A DNA stretch of 64,000 nt from a virus (lineage: Duplodnaviria > Caudoviricetes). Below the pieces are notes generated by a model. The model had not been told where the DNA came from, did not search any database, and worked only from the letters and a program-made list of their open reading frames with translations. Shown here one piece after another: positions 10,733 through 23,789 of the stretch (its first letter is position 1; every line of letters begins with the position of its first letter). The stretch spans positions 1 to 64,000 of IMG/VR virus record IMGVR_UViG_3300021400_001324; one strand, 5' to 3'. The translations under genes were made by a program, and so were the position numbers.

Positions 10733-13093
10733 TTATGGATTTATTTGTGCTTCTTCAACTTTGATGTCATTTAAATTCTATTCAGAACTTATTGCAGCAA
10801 CGTTATATTTTTCTTCGTTAAATGTTAATTGATAACTCTTTCCAGATATATTATGGACAGCGTTCTCATAAATTTCTCCTAATATAGCACCTGTGTTTGC
10901 CTCTACAATAGTTCCATTAGACAGTGCTGAAGCTTCCGTTTTAGGCATCGCTTTAGCTACGGTATACTATCTATATATTGCAATTTTAACCAATTCGGAA
11001 TTCTTTGGAATATTATTAAATATATTTTGTAGTGTTACAGACGAATCTAAACCTTCACAACGCCAGGGATAACCATTTGCCCACTATATAGCGTCTCCAT
11101 TTTCCCCATTAAAACTATAATCAAAAGAGTCTAATGTTTCAGAAGTATCTCCACGTAATGATTTTGTTGCTTTTATTTTCACTACGCCATTTCCTTCTAA
11201 TTTTTGATAAGGATAGTAAATAGTAAGTATAGCTTCTGAATTAGATACGATTTCTATAGCGGTAGGTTTCTTTTTATACTATAATTTATTTCCAGGAGCA
11301 GTAAGAGTTACATAATACACATCTTTCCAAGATGGATTTGTTTCTCCATCTTTGGGTTTCCAGTCAAAATTAGCTAAATCGTTTATATTAACATTTGTTA
11401 TTATTTCAGCATAATTCATACTACTGGGAAATACTGATATAGGCTGAGAATATTTTATTTCTTCAAAAGTTGAAGGTGTATCTGGATCTTCCGGATCATC
11501 AGGACTGATTTCATTTTTTTCTAAATCTAATTTAGTTACACGCCAATTTGTATTAGTTTTAATTAGCAGGTATGTTGAATAAGTACTTAACGGTAAATCC
11601 TAACTTATAATAATCTATTCTCCATTAACTACATATTGAAGATTACAATCTTGAGGTTTTAAAACAGTTGCTATATCCTAAGTAACTACAATTATTACCT
11701 TATGATACGGTTCGTTTTTAAGAACTATTTCATCTTCATTTTCAAAGTAGCTACCTTCATTCAATAATAACGTTGAAAGCATTGCATTACCATTAATCTC
11801 TGCGTTTTCTGCAGTTATTTTTCCAGTAAGAGTGATGTCTTCTGCTTGTATAGAATCAGCAATAGTTTTACCATTTAAAACTATATGATCAGAAGTAATA
11901 GCCGTAGTGCTATCATTTTCGCCTAATGCTTGTATAAAAGAAGCTCCGTTTTCTCCTTTTGTTAATACTAAAGAATTTTGTGCTTCTAGAGTATTCATTA
12001 CTAACCCAGAAATAACACCAGTTTCTTCATTTTTAAGAGCTGTAATTACAGAATTTGGATCTATGTTTGTTATTACAGTATTGTTGTCATCAGTAACTAC
12101 AACTCTCCAATTTTTCAATGCATTTACATCATTCTTTGCTTGATCTAATGCAGTTCTTATAGAACTTAATGCGGAGTTCTACCAATTCTAAATAACCTCT
12201 TTCCAATTATAGATATTGAAATCATCAGATACTGTATCAGTCCAAGGAACTTTTACATAAGCTCTACCTGCACCATCGACATTAACAGGATAATTTCTAG
12301 CAGTTTCATCTGTAGAATATCCAGTTTTAATACCACCTAATATATTATCACTGGCAATTTGTAGTGTATATTCTTGATTTTGTCTAGGAATTTCAACACT
12401 ATCTTCAAGAATTCCGTTTTTAATTAAACTTAATGTTGAACCTGTATAATCTAAATGGATACGGTTTTCAGATTTTGTTACAAACTATGAAAAATCAGGT
12501 AGAGAATCTTTGGTTACATAATGCTCTACTAAATTATTATTTATTTGAGTAATAATATTTTCTAATTCTGTAATACTATCTGGTTTCTGTAGCTTAAGGA
12601 TTAAATTCCAAACATTAGTATCACATACTTGTTCAAAATAAGCTTCTTCGTCTGAACATTTATTTATCCAAGTAAGTTTAACTATACCTAATGTTGGTGA
12701 TACACCAGGATCACCTTTATCTCCTTTAGGACCTTGAGGACCTGTGTCACCATCACGGCCGTCTTTACCAGGTTTACCTTCAGGACCAGCAGGAGCGCAA
12801 TAAAATTCACGAGTAATTAATTCGTGACCTTTACGATATTTAAAAATAACTTTAGTTAGAAGTTCTCCATTGTTATTTTCAGTTACGTATTCAATACCTT
12901 CAAGTTCTTGAATACCTAAATTGTATCTAGCAGCTTCTTTTTCCCAATTATGGACAAGCTCTGAAAAATAGTTATCTACTTTAAAACATTGTGGTGTTGC
13001 ACAATCATTCTTAATATCTATCTTTTTATTACACGAACAATCTTTTTTAGTTGTAGATTGCTAATTTAAATTTATTTTTTCGTATTCTATCAT
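10733..13093 (-). CDS. Collagen-repeat tail fibre/structural protein, about 786 aa, many TAG
   Basis: GPEGKPGKDGRDGDTGPQGPKGDKGDPG at about 12700-12800; includes fragment 11678..12118 in frame. Confidence 0.7.
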
Positions 13094-13112
13094 AGTTATA
13101 ATTTAATAGAAC

Positions 13113-13247
13113 TTATAAACTATTATCTAATTCAATTTTAAGTATCTTATTCATAGTATCCTAATAGCAAAAATCTTGATATCCGTTATTTAATAACTTG
13201 CAATAACGTTTAACTTCTGCTATCACCTACTATTTAATAGCATCCAC
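13113..13247 (-). CDS. Small protein, 44 aa, GTG start, three TAG
   Basis: MDAIK(TAG)(TAG)VIAEVKRYCKLLNNGYQDF...; fills the gap between neighbouring genes. Confidence 0.5.
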
Positions 13248-14124
13248 AGTTTGACTGTTTTTTACTTGAAGTTTCATTATTGCAAATTCCATCGCAAGTA
13301 CTTACACAATTAAGTAGCTTATTAGCGGTTTCATAATCGTTGCATTCTAAAGCATACTTAATCGCATTAATTACCATCCATAAATAATCACGAATCTAGA
13401 TTTGAGTTTGGTCTACATTGCTTTTACATTTTGTTCCATTAAGCGAAGAACTATTACATATACTATATTCTCCAGAACAACCTTTGTACTAATCAAGTAA
13501 AGCACTAGCTTTATTTATAAAGCATTTATAAAGATTACAATATTGAAAGTAATCTTCTTCAATCACTTTAATATTGGTACCATAAAGATAACCATCAATA
13601 ATGTCTCTTGATTTTACCTCATCAAGTAAATCATCAATATTAGTAATATCCATCCAGTAATATAAACCTGAGCTTCTATATGGAGATGGATTAGGTCTAC
13701 GACCTGTAAAACTGAATAATGTAGGAGAATTTTCATCGGCAGCTACGATTATCTCAAGTTCATTAGAAATTAGATTTTCAGGATCGTCTTTATGACATTC
13801 CTAATATTCTAGATCATCAAATCCATCTACCATACCTAATTGCTCAATAAGATATTGTTTTGTAGGAACTATGAACGATAGTACTTTATATCTACCGTCA
13901 GCTAAAGTTAAATCATAAACTTCACGTTGATATTTTCCATCAATTACGTGTATGGCTGAATGTTTATCTACAAGAGTTTCAGTACCATCTACATCAATCT
14001 TATAAATTAATGTAAATACACCAGAATCTTCCCAAGTAGGATTATATAAAGTACTATTTTCAGGATAGTCTGTAATTGGCATCACTTGAATACTACAATT
14101 ACATTTCTACTCAACTATTCTCAT
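13234..14124 (-). CDS. Cys-rich crAss-like structural protein, 296 aa, TAG read-through
   Basis: Includes fragment 13801..14085; ends ...QIRDYLWMVINAIKYALEC...SNCGCY-TAA. Confidence 0.65.
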
Positions 14125-14428
14125 CTTTGTTATAATCTAAGTTTTTAAAATACTTAATAACTGGCTTAAATACAGTGTCCCAACTTACTAAACTAGCAAT
14201 AAAACTATATAATATCACATTTGAGTACTATCCATTATAACATATTATTCCACCTAAAAGCAATCCGCATATCACAGCTATTATACGTTTTACTGCTGTT
14301 GAGACACCTTTATTTGGGCCGTTAAGCTAATCTATAGTTTTTATAACTAGGTATGTTAATATGTTAACAGTTAACATATAACCGAAGTCAAAACTACCAA
14401 GAAGTAAGTCAATTATTTTTTCCATCAT
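14111..14428 (-). CDS. Putative holin, 105 aa, two TAG
   Basis: MMEKIIDLLLGSFDFGYMLTVNILTYLVI...; 2-3 transmembrane segments, charged C-terminus. Confidence 0.6.
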
Positions 14429-16620
14429 GTAAATCTAACTGTATCGTTATAAGGATTACCGTCATAAAGCTGATTAAGTTCAATTTTAACTTTCTATTTA
14501 TCAATTTCAGTTTGTCCTTCTTTATATGTTCTATCAGTCTAAGCTTGATACCATCTAATTTCTTTATCAGTTTCAAGTTTAGCCTATTCTAGTTGTAACT
14601 TCTATTCGTTAAGTTGCTCTAGTTTTTGAGACATCTACTAGTTCTACTATTGAAGTTGCTACATCTATTGTTGAGCCTATTCAAGTTGTTGTTGAAGTTG
14701 ATTAATCTAGTCTATTTCAGCTTTCTTTTTAGCCCATCCTTTTTTCATCATTTGTTTTAATTCAGTCATACTACGACAAGAAATAGCTTCAGCAGCCATA
14801 TCTGGTTCTAGCATATTAGCCTATATCATCTGTATAACTGTCTATCTCAACTATTCTAAATCTTTAAGAATTTGAGTTGAAGATATAATATGTATATCGT
14901 AATCTGTAACTGTAAAATATTCTGGAAGAATTGTAAATACTTTCTATAAATGATCTCCAAGAATAATAGAACCAGTTAAGCCATTTTTCCACACAATTTT
15001 AGCCATATCAACACAATCAATCAGTATATCAGTAACTAAAGTATCCATTTGTTGATAAAACGGTTTTGTAATCGTAAATGAATTTTTAGCTCCGGCTTCT
15101 ATATTACTTACAGCATCACGCTACGTAATTCCATTTAATCTTTCTCTAAATACACCTGTAATTGATGTTACTTGATTTTCAATACGTTCAAGAACTATTT
15201 CAAATGCTTGAATGGCTTGAACTTTTGTAGCATCATCAAATCCAGACATAAATGTATTGTTATTAAATCCTCTACCTTCTTGTGAAGAATCAATGAGAGC
15301 TGTACCACCTTTTTTATATGCTAACCATTTCTAGATACGTTCTGTCATATCGGAACCTAAAAATGCAGGAAGCATTGAAACATCGAGCCAATCTCCAATT
15401 GTACCACTATTAGCAAGAAGATTATCACGTAAGAAAATAGTTACATCATAACGATCTTGTAAAGTTGTACATTGTAAAACGAGACTTGTTGGTAAATTAT
15501 CACGGTTCATCATAAATATACCACCTACTGATAACTTACAATGTCTTGGAGCATCTTGTGTTCTTACTACGTTTTGTGATAATCCAGTGGGAATATATAT
15601 AGAATTACCTATACGTACACCCTCATATCGATTCTGGATATATTTTCCGTCTTGTTTATCTACATCAATCCATTCGACTTCAAATACAGGAAGCAATTTG
15701 TACATATAAGTTTCGTATCCATCAATTGGAAACCCAGGTACTACTCGTTTACCATTATCTAAATCTCCTTCCATTGGAGCATGAAGTAATGAATTATTAT
15801 GGGTAGTAACGTACATAAAATTTCCATCTTCATAATGATTATGCATATCATTAAGTTCAGATATCGCATCACGAGTCATTCTATCACCATACTCTGCAAG
15901 AATTTGTTCTCTAGTCATCCATTTACGAATAACTACTCGATAACTATCTTTAACGTATGGAGAATCTGGGTTTCTGTCTACAAATGTATTTAAGGGATTA
16001 AGACATTCAATAACTAAATTAGTACCTTCTGGTGAAGGTTTTGTACGATAAAAAGCACATCCAGCTATTAACAAGTCTTGGAGTAATATTCTTTTCTTAT
16101 TTGCAAGATCGGTTACTCTAGATTGAGATACATAATCTATAACATTTTGTGCTGCTATTTCATACTCACTTATAAAATTGTTATCAATGTCTTCGATAAG
16201 TTTATTTATTTGCTAATCAATAGCTGGATCTTTTAAATCTTTTCCATTTACAAAATCAAGAATTTGTTTATTTAAATCCTATTTATATAAATTAAAAAGT
16301 TGTCGTTTTATCTCAAGTAGTTTATCTCTATTTATGTTAGTTAGAGTCTATTCATCTTTACAAGAAACTTTAGCAATTGTAGGTACGTCCAAATATTCAC
16401 CAAGTAACGCATCTACATGTTTTTTAATCAGTGGTGTAAATTCAACTTGAGTTGGATTACCTATACCAAAGTTTTCTTCAAGATACCTAAACTATTCAGA
16501 ATCTCGCCTACCATTATAGTAATTGTAAGCTTTCTATAACTTAAATTTATGATGGACGAGTTCATTAATAGCTTTGTCTACTTGTTCTATTACATATTCT
16601 TTACCCCTCGCAGCAGCCAC
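14425..16620 (-). CDS. Portal protein, about 731 aa, GTG start, many TAG
   Basis: KAYNYYNGRRDSE(TAG)FRYLEENFGIGNPTQVEFTPLIKKHVDALLGE; follows terminase; includes fragment 15331..16074. Confidence 0.9.
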
Positions 16621-16879
16621 GTGTAAAATATAATTTTTTTAATTCTGAAAATTCTATACTGTCCCAATGAATCTTTCGTAGTTCTTTACATATAAAATTA
16701 AGAAACTATTCTGCATTTCCATCAAATGCACATTCATAAGGAATATCATTATGTCCAAAGCCTAACTATAATTTATAACCAGATTTAAGTTTAATTACTT
16801 TGATCATTCCAGTATATTCTTTTTCATAAACGTTTTTAATAATATCCAAGACTGCTGATTCTAAGTCTTTCGTATCCAT
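16601..16879 (-). CDS. Small conserved protein between terminase and portal, 92 aa, two TAG
   Basis: MDTKDLESAVLDIIKNVYEKEYTG...; overlaps both neighbours in the usual tight operon style. Confidence 0.6.
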
Positions 16880-19118
16880 AATATGAATCAACATCTATTA
16901 TATTTGTGTCTATTGTAGCATTAACTTCAGTTGTGGGAGCTTTAGGAATTCTACCTTTATGAATAATTCCACGTTCATCTTTCCAATAACCAAAGTCCTC
17001 AAATTTATCTTGTTGTGAATCTATTTTTGGCTAAACAAACATTAATTCTTCATTAGCAAGAAATGCCATTTGCATAGCAGCTACAATATCGAATTTTCTT
17101 TTATTTTCATAAGAATATCTTGATAACTCATCAAGGATTTCTTTAAACCAAATTTCACCACAATATTCGTCAATATAATCAGAGATCATATCGAGTCCGT
17201 GTGTAATTGTAGTTTCATTAGCTGGAGCACCAAACTATCTACTTTTACCATTCTGTATATCAGATTGACAGGCTCTAGGTCTTCGCATTAAATAACGGTT
17301 TTCGCATTTTTTACTTCTAAAGAATTGAAGTAGAGATACACGAGTAGATTCAAGACAGGCTTTTGCATTATACCATTGTAATAATCTCAAACACATTATG
17401 TGTGCATCTCTAACTTTTTGTGGTCTATCTTTATAATAAGCTACAATTTGAGGAGGATGCATACCGTAAGCACGTCTAAGTATTACTACGCAGAAATCAG
17501 ATGGGTCTTTATAACTAGCAGATGTATCTTCCTAACCTAAGTCGATACCGTCAATTCCACCAACATATAGATTAACTGGAACTTGTTTATCGTCATCTAT
17601 TTTAGGGGCTTCTAATACATGAACTTTTCCACCTTGTTGTGGTACAAATTTTATACCTTCAATCATTTCATCAGTAACAATATTATCTTTAAATATGTAT
17701 TCTAAAGTTCCATGCTAAATTGTAGGTACATCTTTACCATTCATAAGTATCCTAGCCATCTATTCTGCAATAAGTGCCTAGTCGAATTGGTTTTCACCTT
17801 CAAGAGCAAACGCTTCTTCTGCTGTAAAACAGTGCTCAGCACATTCGCGTTTATACTCTTTTGGCATACTTAATAGATTATTTCGAGTTAAATTTCTAAA
17901 CTTTTTAACTTCCTATCTATCAACTACACCTCTATCATCAATAAATCGTATATATTTACCTTCTTCTGGTTCATATCCGTCTTTCAAAATAAAGTCAGCT
18001 GCGGATACAAAAAATCCTGATAATTTGTATTCACCACTATCAAAATTATTATGTCTATATGGAAGGACATTGAATGCAACGGGATTATAAAACATATCTC
18101 TTAACTAATCCACTGATTTCATATCACCGCCTGTTCCAAAACACAATCTTGTACCTATTTTATTACCGCCGACTTCTACAAGAGCGTTACCTTTAATGTA
18201 AGTTTCTTTTAAAATAGGATTAGAACCAGCTTCTTCAAATATTAACAAATCTATACGATCACCACGAAGCTTACTAGACTAGTCTATGACCAATCCTTCT
18301 ATATCAGAATTCCAAGAGTTTGGTAACTCTTCACGTTGTTTATTTATTTTCGATGCTTTTTTGTGAAAGGCCGTATTCATTTTCTAACGAACATGTCTCA
18401 TACCGCCTTCTGTATCAGCATTTAAATAGTCTAACTATAACCAAGCTTTCTTTAATGAGTCAGATACGAATTTTTCTGTTGCTGCAATTACTACATTGTG
18501 AGTATTACGTCTAGTTGAATAATTATTAACTAACAAGCTAGCTCCAATTTCCGAGAATCCTACGGCACGACTTTTAACGGCCAATACATCTCGTTTTAGT
18601 ATTTGAGCCATCTCTATATAATGAAAATATTCGTACTGCTTATCAACAAAAGCTGGAAATATTAAACCTCTACCCTACCCTGCTTTTTTAACATCAGTAT
18701 CGGGTAGTCTATAATAATTTAAAAAGAAATAGTGATCTCCAGTAATTCTATAACCATTAACGCTCATACCATTATTACATCGATCATATTCCTTTTTCCA
18801 AAAATCCATATAAGCTTTAGTACCTTGTGGGTATGAACAGTATTTACCTGTTTGTAATTTAACCTCTCTAGCTTCTGTAAACCACTCTGGTTTAAAATCT
18901 AAACCTTTAGTTTTAGTTAATGGTCTATAGCCAGTCAATTCATAAGACAAGTCAGAATCAAAATAATCAATTTTATCATTTAATTTAACATCCCAAGTTA
19001 CTACATCTTTATTAAATAAAGATTCTCTTAAAGCTTGTATATTATTATCAAGTGCTTGCTACTAGAGTTTATCCTAATTTATTTTTAAAGTAGGATTCTA
19101 TTTCTTTTTACGAGGCAT
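16836..19118 (-). CDS. terL: Terminase large subunit, 760 aa, many TAG
   Basis: ITGDHYFFLNYY, KSRAVGFSE (Walker A-like), LLIFEEAG (Walker B), FGTGGD, GGIDGIDLG nuclease motif; fragments joined only by TAG (e.g. 18675-18677). Confidence 0.93.
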
Positions 19119-19456
19119 TATTTTCTTTTTGGTCTTACATCAAGCCTCCATGTAGGTCTTTGATCTTCATTAGTTGGAGTATCCTACTCTTTAGTATATT
19201 TTCTATTACCTCTACTATCAAAACGTTCAGGATGATTCTTTTTTTCTTCTTGAAGTTTCCTAATCTATTGTTCTCGTTCTTGTTTTAATTTAGCATTTTG
19301 CTAAACTTGTTTGAATTTATTGCCGGCTTGCATTTTAGCTCCACCACAATCTTTTTTCATTTTAGTCTTACCTCCACATTTGTACTATTGTAGATCACTA
19401 TCTGTAATACCTGCAATTTGCGAGGCAAATTCGTACATTTCTTCGTTTGAAATCAT
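19118..19456 (-). CDS. Basic hypothetical protein, 112 aa, several TAG
   Basis: MISNEEMYEFASQIAG...YKCGGKTK...; TAA overlaps the terL ATG. Confidence 0.55.
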
Positions 19457-19467
19457 AATTATAAATA

Positions 19468-20046
19468 TTAATCAAAAGCACCAATTTCTACATCACCCAT
19501 AAGACCATTACTGTCTTGTTCTAGCTCTTTCTTATATAGAATTTCAAGTGCTTTAAGTTGTTCTATTACATCTGAAACACCTTTCATTTCTGCCATTACA
19601 TCTTTAACTTTAAATACAGGCTTTCCATTTGGATCACGTTCATCTAAATCAATAATGGTATCGAAATAATCGGTGATTTTATCTACTGTACCTTTAGCAG
19701 CATTTATAAGTCTAAGTATTCTAGAGGAATTCTGAAGTTCTCGATATTTACGACAAGCTGCTCTAAATTCTGGATTGTTCCATTCTTCCTCTGTTAGATG
19801 TGCATCCTCTAAACAAGCTCGATGTCTTTCTTGTTCATCATAATCTGAATAAGGACTAGCCCAATCTAACATTAACCATATATAAGTTAATTCTCTATAT
19901 GCTCGTAGACGTTTTCCTCCAGTTTTATCCTCTTTACATTCATTTCTCTTCTTATCCCATAACGCTGCAAATTCTTTTATTATAAGAACTTCAGGTTCAT
20001 TAATAGTTATTTCATTAGTCGCATTATCAAAGAGGAAAAATTTCAT
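19468..20046 (-). CDS. Conserved crAss-like protein upstream of terL (small-terminase candidate)
   Basis: Intact 192-aa ORF with no TAG; function inferred only from position. Confidence 0.6.
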   Translation of the reverse strand: MKFFLFDNATNEITINEPEVLIIKEFAALWDKKRNECKEDKTGGKRLRAYRELTYIWLMLDWASPYSDYDEQERHRACLEDAHLTEEEWNNPEFRAACRKYRELQNSSRILRLINAAKGTVDKITDYFDTIIDLDERDPNGKPVFKVKDVMAEMKGVSDVIEQLKALEILYKKELEQDSNGLMGDVEIGAFD

Positions 20047-20049
20047 ACA

Positions 20050-20724
20050 TTATTGGTTTTGCATCCAGGTTGGCTAATAACCTGTAAATCTATTACGTTT
20101 GTTATTATTTATAAACTACTATGCCTATAGTTCAGTATTAGCTTTCATATTTGCCATAGCCAAATCATTCTAAGCTCCTGCCATAGCAATCTAAGCGTTA
20201 TTGTTACTATTGTTTATGTCTCGCATAGTATCAAGATATTTTTTTTGCTTCTTCCAATCGTACATCGCAGTTATACCATTACCTACTGCTTCTGCTGTAG
20301 CTTGTGCAGCTTGTGCCCAATTAAAACCTCCTCCAGTTTGTTTTTTCTAAATTCCACCGTCTTTAAAATAAGAAGTTGTAGGAATCGCACCTTTATCAAA
20401 CTTCTTGCCCTTCTCACATTTCTTACATTTGCCACCTTTTTTCATATAGCCTTCAGGACAAGCATTGTTAAGAGCTTTAATTCTATTTAGCTTAGCTCCC
20501 CTTGCTGCTTTTTGAGACTAACTTAAGGCTTTAATAACCCCATCAATACCCGCTTGTTTCCAAATCTAAAAAAGCTATTGTATTATCTTAGGCTATTCTT
20601 TAGCTAATTGCTATAGTTTTGTTTCAGTATCTTCTCCAAATAACTGATTCTATATTATTTCTTGAGCGAACTGATTTAGTTCATTTTGGGATGATGCTCC
20701 ACCCTGTTGATATTTTTTAATCAT
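20050..20724 (-). CDS. Gln-rich virion/cargo-like protein, 224 aa, many TAG
   Basis: MIKKYQQGG...KKGGKC...KDGG...QTGG; continuous only with TAG read as sense. Confidence 0.6.
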
Positions 20725-20936
20725 ATTTTAATTAAATCTTTAGTTGAAAATACAGCTTCCTAAAGAAATCCGTCTTTAGTAAACCATCTACATCTCATAC
20801 CCTTAAACTATTCAGATTTATCTGACATTCTAAAGGCCATAGTTTCCTTACCTATTACTAACATTGTAGGTTTATTAGGAAGTTCCTGGCGAACTGTTAC
20901 TAGCTCACCAGGAACAAAATATACTTTATCTTCCAT
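20721..20936 (-). CDS. DUF2158/YodC-like small protein, two TAG
   Basis: MEDKVYFVPGELVTV...PTMLV...MRCRWFTKDGFL(TAG)EAVFSTKDL. Confidence 0.6.
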
Positions 20937-20937
20937 A

Positions 20938-21612
20938 TTACTTATCATTTTCTACAGGTTTACATACGAGTCCTAACTTCTTAAGTTTAGTATAGTTTTC
21001 AACTTTCTCTGCGTTAGTTTTACCTAAGAAATCAGGAAGTTCTGCTATGTCAACCAATCCATTATTAATTTTTTCGAAACGCTCTTTTACACCAGCGTTA
21101 ATTACTACATGAATTTGATGTTCAGAAACAACATACAATCCTTGTCCAAAGAATGGAACAGGAACTTGACAAGCCTCACGATAGTAAACAACATCACCAG
21201 GTCTCACATACTTAACCATTGGTCCAACCTCAATGACATCTGCTTGAGTTGAAAGGTTATATTCCTTATCTTCTTCTCCAGTATCTGGGTTTTTAAATGA
21301 ACCGTCATATACTGGAATAATAATACCGTTTTCTTCACGCATAGCTTCAAACGGATTCTCTGCATAAGGTCTTACAAGAATATAGCTGTTTGCAGGAATA
21401 ATTTCCATATCTTTTGCTTTTTCAGCAACTTCTTTACCTTTTGCAAGTTTTCTATCAATCTCTGCTTTTACGGCTTCAGTTTTCTTATTTACTTCTTTAT
21501 TAAAACTTTCGACAGCTTGTTTTTTAGTGGCTTCATCAAGAGTTTGTGCATTCGCAAAACTTACTGCCGTGTCTCCTCCAAAAAAATTCATTTTTCCATT
21601 TTCCATAATCAT
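20938..21612 (-). CDS. GroES/Cpn10-like co-chaperonin
   Basis: IIPANSYILVRP...GIIIP...VIEVGPMVKYVRPGDVVYY; intact, no TAG. Confidence 0.75.
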   Translation of the reverse strand: MIMENGKMNFFGGDTAVSFANAQTLDEATKKQAVESFNKEVNKKTEAVKAEIDRKLAKGKEVAEKAKDMEIIPANSYILVRPYAENPFEAMREENGIIIPVYDGSFKNPDTGEEDKEYNLSTQADVIEVGPMVKYVRPGDVVYYREACQVPVPFFGQGLYVVSEHQIHVVINAGVKERFEKINNGLVDIAELPDFLGKTNAEKVENYTKLKKLGLVCKPVENDK

Positions 21613-21623
21613 TTACATTTTAA

Positions 21624-23453
21624 TTATTGTACAGTTGTATATCTATCTTTATATACGTATCCTACTTGTCTTCCAAGTGAATCATATAGTTTGTATAATT
21701 TTATATTAGTTCCGTATTCAGTACTAGTTAATGCATAGAACTAATGATTAGTTGTCGTTAAAGGTTCAGGTAAAGTATTTACATAATGGATATTACTTAA
21801 ATATCTTTGATGTGGAGTTAAAATTAAAGCATTTGTGGCATTTGAAGAAACTCCGTTATGTAAAATATGGGCATCATCTTCTACAGATATTTCTGCATCA
21901 AAAACAACTTTATCTCTAAATGTTATACCATAATAAACTTCAGGATCACTAATTAAAGATACTCCAGTAGTTTTAGTTTCTGTAAAACGTACCATATCTA
22001 TTTGTATATTAGAGCATTTCGAAAAACTTAAGGTTTCTCCGAATAATTTATCTATACAATACATGTGGACATTATGACAATTTGTGAACTAAAAAACTTT
22101 ACTTTTAGCATCGTTTAAATGTGCAGTTATTTTATTTGCATCTGTAGTAGATCCTATGTATATATCATTAGTATTAACGTGTGTTGTTATACTACCTCCA
22201 CGCATTCGATAAATATTAAACACATGATTAAAATATCCATCAGTTGCATCTAGTGTGATTTTATTCTCACTAAATGAATTTCCCGTTCTATTGTCTACAG
22301 TTATTCCATCCTTTAGTTTAGTAGTATCTAACATTGTATCTAACTATCCCATAATCCCTATATGTAAGGTATTACTGTTAAAATAACTATTACTCTATTT
22401 TAAATGTATGTATACAGGATAATAATTATTATTGAGGCTTCTAATATCTATTTTATTAGCTAATCCTGCAGCTTTACCATTCGATCCTTGAATAGGATCG
22501 AAATCTGGGCATAAAGTAGACAACATAACTCTGTCGGTAATCACTACTCCATATTCAAATCCAGACACACTTCCGATTGTTATTAAATTTTTATTAAAAA
22601 TTTGTCCAAATACAATACCGCATCCTTTTCCCATGTGATTAATGGTAGCGCCTCCAGTTCTATCATTGTCTTCTTTTACGACATTATGTATATGAATTCT
22701 ATTTGCATTTAACGTGCCTATCTATAAAAACCCTATAGAAGAATCAGATGTATTTCTAACATATATTGTGCCATTGATTTCCAACACACCTACAGAAAAA
22801 GAAACAACGTATACTACAGGCCCAACTAAGCTTTCATCGCCAATTAAGTTACCGTTAATTATAATTTTTCTTCTCAAATCTTGAGGCCCAGAAGCTCCGT
22901 TATATTCCCAAAAAGTCTCTGATGCTCCTGTTGGATAACTTAAGCCAAAGGCTTCATATCTGCTAGTTTCTGTTTCCGCCTCGACAATACGTATAGGTGT
23001 ACTTTTAATTCTATAAAACGATTGTCCTAAGAATACAGTATTTCTATGTGCTGCTTTAATGCAGCTATTTATTGCAGGAGCATCGTCTGTAATTCCATCG
23101 CCAACAGCTCCCCACCATTCTGGATATAAGATTGGATTTTTCAATAAAGCTTTAATTGTACCTGTCCCAAAGATTTTATGCATTCCTGCTTCTATCTCTA
23201 AAGGAGTTTCACAATCAATAACACAATTATTTCCAAATCGTCCGTTTCTTGTAAATTTTAATACACAATTATTTCCAACAAGAAAAGTTGTTCTGGGCAT
23301 AGGGTTAATAAACGTATCTATAATATATATCTTATCATTTTCCTCAAACATAGATGAAGATATTGAGGTATCCTAATTAATTAATACTTCATTATCGTGC
23401 CATTGAGGATATGTCTATTTTAAATTTGAATAATGTTTTTGTAATTCGTCCAT
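21624..23453 (-). CDS. Tailspike/pectin-lyase-like beta-helix protein, 609 aa, many TAG
   Basis: YPEWWGAVGDGITDDAPAINSCI motif; four ORF-track fragments joined at TAG 22722, 22395, 22089 and 21741. Confidence 0.8.
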
Positions 23454-23462
23454 TTTTTAATA

Positions 23463-23732
23463 TTACCATTTACCCACAGGGCAATGAGTGTAAGTTAAAC
23501 GTGTTTTTGCCTGAAGTCTACATCCACAACCTGATTTGTATCCAGGTTTTTTAGTTTCAGATACTTCTCCAGTAATCGTATCTAAATAGAGCCTACTATT
23601 ACACACTGGCCCCATAGCTGTTTGTTTATATAATGGACACTCTCGGCAAATATCCATTCTTTGTTCAAAAATATCTTGATTTTTACCGAGAGCTTCTTTT
23701 ACATGTCCGTCAATTATTGCTTTTAATCCCAT
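23463..23732 (-). CDS. Cys-rich conserved phage protein (Zn-binding)
   Basis: RMDICRECPLY...CGCRLQAKTRL...CPVGKW. Confidence 0.7.
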   Translation of the reverse strand: MGLKAIIDGHVKEALGKNQDIFEQRMDICRECPLYKQTAMGPVCNSRLYLDTITGEVSETKKPGYKSGCGCRLQAKTRLTYTHCPVGKW

Positions 23733-23789
23733 ATTTCTATACTTAATTTTAACGTCTGAATTATTATCGAATTCTAGTCCCGCTCTTAC